In this document: positions 56,423 through 64,000 of the stretch, one piece after another
Numbering within the stretch: position 1 is the stretch's first letter
How the letters are laid out: each line of letters begins with the position of its first letter
Made by a program: the position numbers and the translations under genes
Notes under the pieces: model-generated
The model's database searches: none
The model's input: the letters and a program-made list of their open reading frames with translations, nothing else
What the model was told of the DNA's origin: nothing
NCBI GenBank assembly: GCA_040954595.2
Contig: CM082580.2
Coordinates: 1,354,783-1,418,782, forward strand
Origin: Balanoglossus misakiensis
Taxonomy: Eukaryota > Animalia > Hemichordata
Reading direction: 5' to 3'
DNA: 64,000 bases

Positions 56423-57374
56423 AAAGTGTTACCTAAGATAGTGTCCAGCGTCTAGCCGTTATTGAAATTATAGACCCTGCAGCGAGACTGAGCATGATTT
56501 GTTGTTGTCATGAAACTCATCTCGTACTCCAGTCACTTTCATACAAAACGGCTATGAGTGTCCAATGGTCTTTGTTGAGACTGTTTGACATTGAATGGCA
56601 TTGACCTCGCGGGAGGATATCCTTCATGAATACAATGCAGGATATAATTTACATTGGCAAAGGGCTTTGAGGTGCACCAAATTAGTAATTTAGACACACC
56701 TTAATTATTACATGCCACCCCAAACTTTTTTAAAGCAAGAAACAAAATTGCAGTGCTTTTCCAATGACGCTTTTTAAAATGTAGAATCAGATTGTTTTCT
56801 TGTCGCTCAGGTGTCCAAAATAAATATAGCTGTGATCAATTCCTACTTAAAGCAAACAAAAGTAAATTGAGTTGAATGGGCACGTCCGGCCCATATTTGA
56901 CCCATTTCACATTTTTTCTTTCTTAGGCTGCATTCACAAACACCTCTGGAGGGGGGGGGGGGGAATTCATCTTTTACCGCTAATTTTCACATGCCCCCCC
57001 CCCCCCTTTCACAACCCGAAATATTTTGAAATCCCCCTTCCGAACTGCCAAAATTTTGAAATCCCCCCATTTTCTTTCACAGAGCAAAACTCATAACTCT
57101 GCTCAAGCGCTCCCATGAAAAGAATTTGAAACTGATGTTTCCCCTCATCAGTGGGTATTAAAACTGAACATTGTTTTTATTTTTTAAGTATTTTGTATGA
57201 TTATAATTAAAAAATATACAACTTAGCTAAAATGCTTAGATGAGTTAATCAGATTTTCAAAGTCCACCTAAAAGATCATTTAATCTTTCCAGGGTGCGGT
57301 TTATGTTGGAGATAGTATCAGTTAGGCTATTTCTCAGAAAATCAATGAACGATCTGCGGACACCCCGAATAATA

Positions 57375-57766
57375 TGTTACCACAACGCTAGCCAGGAAGC
57401 ACATGGGACATTTCACAATGAGGCAGTGAACACTGGGGGGACCAGACTGACACGTTAACCAATCAGGGAGCTGTATGGTGAATAAATACATATTAATAAG
57501 ACCTAACCTACAAGGTCCTGCATAATGAGGCAGTGAACACTGGAGGACCAGACCTACACATTAACCAATCAGGGAGCTGTAAAGTGAATAATGCATTGTA
57601 ATAAGACCTAACCTACAAGGTCTGGTGAATAATACATAGTAATAAGACCTAACACATAAGGTCCCTCCAATCAGCGAGCCGCAAGTGGACCTTAGAGAAG
57701 TGGATAAACCAATCAGAACATGTAATACGTGTGCATAGGACCTGTAATGTAGGTCATTTTGAAACA
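57375..57766. mobile_element. Possible LTR or LTR fragment abutting the gypsy pol relic
   Basis: Begins TGTTAC and ends GAAACA. Contains four CCAATCAG boxes and an internal tandem repeat. No TSD or polypurine tract was found, and orientation is unresolved. Confidence 0.35.
57417..57664. repeat. Tandem duplication, 2 x ~107 bp plus a partial third copy
   Basis: AATGAGGCAGTGAACACTGG occurs at 57417 and 57524. TAATAAGACCTAAC occurs three times. Confidence 0.9.
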
Positions 57767-57769
57767 GGA

Positions 57770-59781
57770 CTAGTTCACCATGACCAACCACATGACCCAG
57801 GAAATCGATCTGCTCATAACCCACATAACACTTAGTTGGTCTCGCTGTTAACTTTGCCTTTCGTAGTCTGCTCATCAAATCTGTAATTGTCTTGATATGT
57901 TCTTCCCATGATGCAGTGTGGATCAGTATGTGATCGATATAGTTGTCTACGTTCTTCATATCTCTTAACAATCTTCTCATAATTCTGCTAAAAGTCGCAG
58001 CACTATTTACAAGTCCGAAAGGCATTTTGATAAATTGGTATAGCCCATCATGCGTGATAAATGCCGTCAATTGTTTAGAATTATCAGTCAACGGGACTTG
58101 CCAATATTCTTTGCTGAGATCTACTTTAGTGAAATAGTGATCCTTGGATAACTTAGCAAAAAGCAAAAAGCTCACTCAGGTCTGGTGTAGGCTCTGCATC
58201 AAACACTGTTATGCGATTGAGCTTTCTCATGTCAACACAACAACGATTGGACCCATCAGATTTCTTCACCATTACCAGTGGAACAGCATATGGACTCTCT
58301 GAAGGTTCAGCTACTCCCATCTTAATCATCGTTTTGACTTCATCTTTCACTGCTTCACGGAGTGCATGAGGGATGGGGTATGGCCTACTGCATACTGGTG
58401 TTGGATCCATCAACTTGATGTCATGGAAACCCAGGTTGGTGTTACCACGAATATCAGTTAACATATCTTTGTAATTGATCAGCAACCTCCTCACCACTTG
58501 CTTCTGTATGTCTGACAAGTTGTCACATACATTCACATCTGCAGCAAATTCTTTCTGCTTGAATGCAGGAACCCGCAGTAAGTCATCGTTTACTTTAACC
58601 CCTGTGTTCTCTTGTACTTCTGAAGATTCATAACTCTGCTCATCTATCACAGATACACACACAATCTCAAGAAGTCCAGCTGATACTTCATCTAGCTGAT
58701 CAGTTCTTCGATAGTACCTCTTCAACAGGTTGGCATGGAATGTTTTCACCCTATGACCAAAGTCAATCTTGTAATCCATATTGCTCGCTTTCTCCACCAC
58801 TGGAAAAGGACCCTTCCAGTGCATAAGTAGTTTATTATGGTCAGTAGGTAGTAGCAATAACACCTCGTCACCTTTGTTGAACTTCCTCCATTTGGCCTTT
58901 CTATTGTAGTAGGACTTGTATTTGCCTTGTGATATCTTCAGTTCTTGTCTTGCTAAATCGCATGCCTTCTTTAATTTCTTTTGAAGATCAAGGATGTATT
59001 GATAAGTCGTTTTGGTTTCTGGTTCACTGATCTCTCCAGTCCATAGTTCTTTCAAGATAGCCATTGGACCACGCACACTCCTCCCATAAAGTAACTCAAA
59101 CGGAGAGAATCCTGTGCTCGATTGAGGCGTTTCTCTGTAGGCAAATAGTAAAGCATTCAGATAACGATCCCAATATGTTGGACGTTCCTCACACATCTTC
59201 CTGAGCATGAGTTTCAATGTACCATTGAACCGTTCCACTAGACCATTGAATGCTGGGTGGTATGGGGTGGTAGTCATCTGCTTTATAGACAAAAGCCGGC
59301 TGACCTCACGCATCACATCTGATGTAAATTGAGTTCCTTGATCTGTCAGAATTTCACGTGGACACCCCACTCTTGAGTAGATGTCCAGGAGCGCCTCTGC
59401 AACAGTCTTGGTATCAATGTTAGTCAATGCAACAGCCTCCGGATAGCGTGTTGCATAATCAACAACAGTAAGTATGTACCTATTCTTGCGTTCAGTGCAT
59501 GGATGAATAGGGCCAACCAGGTCTACTGCAATACGTAGGAAAGGGATATCTATTAGTGGCATACTTCCAAGTGGTACCTTGGTCACCCGTCCCTTTGGTT
59601 GTGTCCGTTGACATGAATCACAGGACTGACAGTAACGGGAAACATCTGATGTTAGCCCAGGCCAAACGAAGTTGCTGAGGATCTTGTCTGTGGTCTTGTG
59701 AGTTCCGTGGTGACCACCCAGCACTGATTCATGGGCTAGTCTCATCACCTGGTTACGATACACTCTGGGAACCACCACCTG
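57770..59781 (-). pseudogene. pol: Truncated Ty3/gypsy pol with integrase upstream of reverse transcriptase (Gmr1-like order)
   Basis: Integrase: HHCC (AHESVLGGHHG..CDSC), DDE (IAVDLVGP, ILTDQG, GLVERFN) and GPF motif. A gypsy-type RT follows in frame (RPYPIP, SPYAVPLVMVKKSDGSNRCCVDMRKLN, then DLSKEYWQ, MPFGL, YIDH, FLGH). A 7-bp duplication at 58155-58168 shifts the frame. RNase H is absent. Confidence 0.93.
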
Positions 59782-59911
59782 TCACTACAGCTTGAACGAC
59801 GCCACCTATGGGCAGTATTTCCGTGGCAGCCTATGAAGCTCATGAATATTTAATTAGACACAGTAATGGCGTTCGCGATCGAACACAGCTGTCGATGCAC
59901 AGCATAATTCG

Positions 59912-60615
59912 GTGAGTAATATTGCTTTATTCCAAGTTTTGTTTAGTAAAATTAGCAAGATGTCAGAGACAATATGAAATAAAGTTGCGATTCTGCTGTG
60001 TTATTTATGTGTATCAGCCAAATAACTTGAACATTTTGATCACCCGCTGACAGTCCCTGGCCGTTGCTATAGCAGAAGCCGTCCTAAGCAACCATAAACA
60101 AACACTAAAAATTACAACGATTCAGCTTCACAGAATTGTTTTTTTCAATTTGAAAACCATACGAATTTAGTCTTTTATACGTAAACATAGGATTCCATGT
60201 TTAAAATGCTGCTACAAGCAATATGACGAAATCATACCAAGCGAAAATATACGACCCTGTGTGTTCCTTGGCAGCAGCACGGGTTACATTGATTGTAATG
60301 GCGGCGCTTCGAATTTTCGGCGACATGGTGATATTGTTCATAGAATTGACAGAAAATAAGACCGTAACTGAAAAATCAGAAACCAATAGTTTGTGCTAAA
60401 ATATATTCTTGATATAATTCGCTGGAAATTCGAGGGTGAAAACGAAATAAGAAAAAAATGAATGGGCGAGATTGTTATGGTAAGGTTACCCACATTCTTT
60501 CTATGTCACCTTTGACCTCAATTTCTGGAGGAAGTATAATGAGCAGGTGTTTTGTTTTTGCTTCCCTCGGATAGATAATTATTGTAAAGATATTTCTCTT
60601 GTTCACCCTTTTCAG
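59912..60615 (+). other. Predicted 5'-UTR intron of the transposase-like gene
   Basis: Donor G|GTGAGT at 59912. Pyrimidine tract plus TTTTCAG| at 60615, 16 nt before gccATG (60632). Pairing of the two sites is inferred. Confidence 0.45.
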
Positions 60616-60631
60616 GTATAGATTTAGAGCC

Positions 60632-61075
60632 ATGTGGGGCAAACTATTCAACAGGAGTAGCGCACTTCTTAAAAGTTTGTCTATTGTTATGCCGAATAGA
60701 AAAGGGAAAAGTTACTTCAACATAGGCCAGTGGGCAAAGGACCAAAAGATAGCGAGACAGGTAGCTGAAGAGAAGTGTTTACAACAACTATATCAGGAGA
60801 AATTGAAGACTAGATCTTTGTCTGGGAGCGTGGCCAACAACCTATTGGTAGTTAGAACAAAGAGAGGACAGACTAAACACAGGTTTAACTTAGGAGAGTG
60901 GTGTAGACAGAGAAAGAGAAAGAGAGATGAGGAAGAAAGCATAATTCAGGATAAGTTGAATAAGTTGAGTGCAGCTAGGAGACTAGTAAAAAGATCCTCA
61001 ACCCAGCTAGCTAGACTAGAGAAGAAGAACAGTAAGATTTGTGAGATCTTAGCTACAAAGAATAATAAGAGAAAG
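60632..61075 (+). CDS. Coding exon 1 (148 aa, basic/helical N-terminus) of the RAG1/Transib-like protein
   Basis: MWGKLFNRSS...NNKRK ends in AAG|GTAAG (phase 0). It splices in frame to the acceptor TCTTTCAG| at 61428. Contains an NLS-like RKRKR. Confidence 0.7.
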
Positions 61076-61428
61076 GTAAGCTAGATCAGATAAATAGACT
61101 TAGTCATAATTTTAAAAATCTCAGATTTGTATAAATCCTCTTCAAATTTTAGCCCAAATTCGCTTTTTGAACTTCATGTCACATGATCCTGTGTAAACAA
61201 TGATAACAAAATGGGTTCAGCTTTGATGCAAAACATCTAGGTTTTCCAACAAACTATGTATATTTTTTAGGATTTTTATTGCAGAAGTTGTCAGAAAAAT
61301 ACAGGCTACACGTGTGTATTTCTTATCAAGGACATTTAAATTAATGATTAACTTGTAAGAAGATTTTATTTTATATATAATGATTATATTCTAATTAGTA
61401 TATATTTATCACACACTTAATCTTTCAG

Positions 61429-63669
61429 ATTCCTGTTGATGTTGTTAATGTGAAACGCTCTAAATGGGTCCACAAGAACACTGAAGTATGTGCAGATAAT
61501 AGTGAATCTTTGAAGCTGTCGCGACGTCAACAGTATGAACGTAGGTGTGAAACCTTATCAGCAGCCATAAATATTCATGTAGCAACTACAGATGTAAGCC
61601 CAGCCAAAGGTATAAATAAACCGAATGTACTACATCCACCAAAAGCAGCACTTGATGGTTTGTGGTATACTCTTGTTAATTCTGCCACTCCTGACCAAAT
61701 GAAAACATTCTTCAGAACCTCTCCCCAAATCAGTAAAAAAGTAATGCCATCAGTATTTGATAAATACATCAGTAAATTTGAGAAAAGTGAGAACAATTTG
61801 GTGAGGAGTGTCAGAACTATGTATGAGGGCGGAGTACTATCCAAACGAAAATATAACTGTCTGAGGCAGAGTGAACTTCAGATGTTCTCCAACTTGAAAC
61901 ATCCTAGGAAAGCAGTAGAAATTCATTCTGGCTGTAGAATACCAAGACTGCTCCCATACACAAAAGTTGTACAGTATGTAAGTAACCTTGACATTGGAAA
62001 TCTTGAGCCAATTATATCATCTGAAGGCAAACAAGTCGGCTTAAAAAGAAACCCTGAGGAGTTGCTTATTAAGATTGCCAGTTTATATTTAAATATGGGG
62101 GAAACACAGCCTGATATTCTTAACTGGTTCGGTAAACAGGAGGGCTCATTTCAAATCAGTATAGGTGCTGACGGGGCTCCGTTTGGCAAACATGGACAGG
62201 CCACTGCATGGCTAGTTAGTTTCTTGAATGTGACCCACCGTGTTGCTAGCCCAGACCACAATTTTCTCCTATTAGGGGCAAACATAAAAGAGGATGACCC
62301 CATAATGATTGAATTTGCAATTGCATTGTCAAAAGACCTTGAGTGTATTGAGAAACGTAAATATAAAGTTGGCAGTCTTGATGTAACTTTTCAGGTGTCA
62401 CTTTTACCCTTTGATCAGAAGGGATTGGCCAGTGTGTCTGGAGAACTAAGCAATGCAGCAAAGTATTTCAGCTCATTTGCTAACGTTCCAAAAATGATAT
62501 TGATTGTATTGGAGCAGAAATTGGCCCAGGTCAGAAGTGGGATGAATGGAAATATCAGAAAAGAATTAAAGATGCAGAAGCTGTTGAAAAGTTGAAGTCA
62601 ACTAAGAAAATTAAAACTGGAAAGCCCAAAACAGTGCGACCCAAAATCACACAATTTATAGCCAGTCTGAGGTCAAGACAGGAATTTGTACCACCGTTGG
62701 GTAGATTTATTGATTGTGCCAAGGCTGAGCCATTGCATTTAAAGAACAATGCATGGCAATACTACTTCCAACGATTACTGATTGACGCAGTTGCCCACAC
62801 TTCGGAAAAGGGTCGTGAAAATGGAGTTAAAATTGAGAATCTACCTAACGAGTCATATCTGTACAAATTCCTGTCTGCCCTAAAATATCAAGTAAAAGCT
62901 GGAAAGTTGTATAATAAGATTGTAAAATACTTCAATGAAAATAGTGTCAAGTCAAATGCCAACATTAATGTGGTTTATCGCTTCACTGGTGAGGAGTCTC
63001 GCAAACTTGCTTGGCATTTCATAGGATTGGTATTAGCATTGAGAAGCGATACAGACAGACCAAAGCGTCGGGCTCAATTAGCTCTCTACACATATACTGG
63101 TATCTTGCTTAGAGATATCACTTTGTTATTCTCACGATTCAACATAAATGAGGGAGATTTGCTTGTACTTAGGCATAAGTGTCGGTGGTACTTTAATCTA
63201 CATTCCCTGTTTCTGAATGTCAATAATACTGTGTGGCACATTGGTTATGTAGTCCCAAAACACACCACTAGTATCTATAAGCAATTCAGTCTGGGATTAG
63301 GCCTAAACACAATGGAAGGCAGAGAGGCAAAGCATCTACGCCTGCTAGAATTCAGTGAAAATTCTACACCTCAAAATAGGTGGGCCCTCATATTTCGACA
63401 CGAATATGTGATGCTTTTTTGGCTGAGGAACAAAAGTCCAAAAGCTGACAACTATAGAAATGCAAATGTAGGTCAATTTGAGCTTAAAGAAAAAGAAAAA
63501 TACATTCCCAGTCGATATTATGAGAATGCAGGCTACTGTATGTGTGGCAATTTAAAAAAATGAAACAATGACTGCCTGTGAAATATGTGTTGACCCAATT
63601 ATGGATGACATAAAAAAAGCAGCTGTCACTGGTAAAATATCAAATAAACTCAAGAAACTTATGCTGTGA
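61429..63669 (+). pseudogene. Coding exon 2 (~746 aa): RAG1/Transib-like DDE transposase core plus C-terminal Cys4 motif; two 1-bp frameshifts
   Basis: Motifs in order: LSKRKY (61837), IGADG (D 62170), PFDQK..GELSNAAKY (D 62413), EPLH (62727), FTGEESRKL (62982), MEGREAKH (E 63324). One base is missing at ~62487-62494 and there is one extra A in 63554-63560. The repaired end reads CMCG..CEICVDP..KKLML*. Confidence 0.72.
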
Positions 63670-63792
63670 ACAATGATTGAATTTGAAACAGTGGATTGTG
63701 TCACTGTGTGCTACTTTAGAATTAAAGGATAACTATAGTATTAATTACATTACAGAATTATAAAGACTCATCTGTAGTTGAGAGCTGCATTT

Positions 63793-63798
63793 AATAAA
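63793..63798 (+). terminator. Candidate polyadenylation signal AATAAA (a second lies at 63932-63937)
   Basis: Lies 124 nt after the repaired stop codon at 63669. The motif is common in AT-rich DNA. Confidence 0.35.
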
Positions 63799-64000
63799 AA
63801 TGGAGATCACAAATCACATGAATTCACACTTTTTGAACTGGAGATGATATGTTTCTTATGGGATTTTGTATATGTGTGCATGTATGGGGACAGGGAAATT
63901 GAAACTTATCTTACCACTATTAAGTATTGTGAATAAACCCTTAATCGTATAGTGATTGCAGTGCTTTGCAAAATTAAAATGTATGACATACATAAGCTTG

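Larger units (their letters stand above)
59783..64000 (+). mobile_element. Putative DNA transposon with a CAC(TA) left terminus, encoding a RAG1/Transib-related DDE protein; right end not seen in the window
   Basis: CACTACAG starts exactly where the gypsy frame (..Q-V-V-V-P) is cut, creating the TGA at 59782-59784 on the minus strand. The gene downstream carries DDE motifs. Confidence 0.6.

Noticed and set aside
56923-57075. Poly-G/poly-C stretch resembling a MITE end
   Set aside because: No matching second TIR or TSD could be located.
51328-57096. Short 60-87 aa ORFs in the non-satellite flank
   Set aside because: No motifs or consistent exon chain; several overlap MITEs.
58153-59778. Ty1/copia assignment from the IN-RT order
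   Set aside because: RT and integrase motifs (GPF module, RPYPIP, MPFGL) are gypsy-type.
60201-60386. Antisense ORF with CACCATG context inside the predicted intron
   Set aside because: Short, with no recognisable domain and no supported partner exon.
63551-63563. T TTA AAA as a programmed -1 frameshift site
   Set aside because: The -1 frame stops within a few codons; the Cys-containing tail is in the +1 frame.
59783-63669. Classical EnSpm/CACTA (Tnp2) element or a bona fide RAG1 gene
   Set aside because: No Tnp2-type motifs are recognisable and there is no RING or typical RAG1 N-terminus. Similarity is limited to distant core motifs, so no gene symbol was assigned.
63702-63708. CACTGTG, a perfect RSS heptamer complement, as the right end of the element
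   Set aside because: It does not mirror CACTACAG, has no nonamer or TSD, lies before the poly(A) signals, and gypsy sequence does not resume after it.

Overview
Eukaryotic, repeat-dominated window, most likely from an invertebrate animal; no intact host gene is evident. Positions 1-5675 hold a ~130-bp satellite. It joins a ~78-bp AT-rich, quasi-palindromic satellite (5676-51093) at a shared ATCGACG motif. The 78-bp array shows nested duplications and switches strand at a spacer-less palindrome (44227/44228). A 3.15-kb non-autonomous Academ-type DNA transposon interrupts it (TAG..CTA ends, ACT target-site duplication, relic of the Cys-rich C-terminus). The flank (51.1-64 kb) contains several MITEs, a 928-bp element with a 9-bp TSD (AcademH-like), and a truncated Ty3/gypsy pol with integrase upstream of RT (Gmr1-type order). 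The most notable feature begins at a CACTACAG terminus exactly where the gypsy reading frame breaks: a spliced ~890-aa gene whose motifs align, by eye, in order with the RAG1/Transib DDE core but which lacks the usual CxxC/HxxxxH zinc ligands. It has two 1-bp frameshifts. All family assignments come from motif recognition, not database searches.
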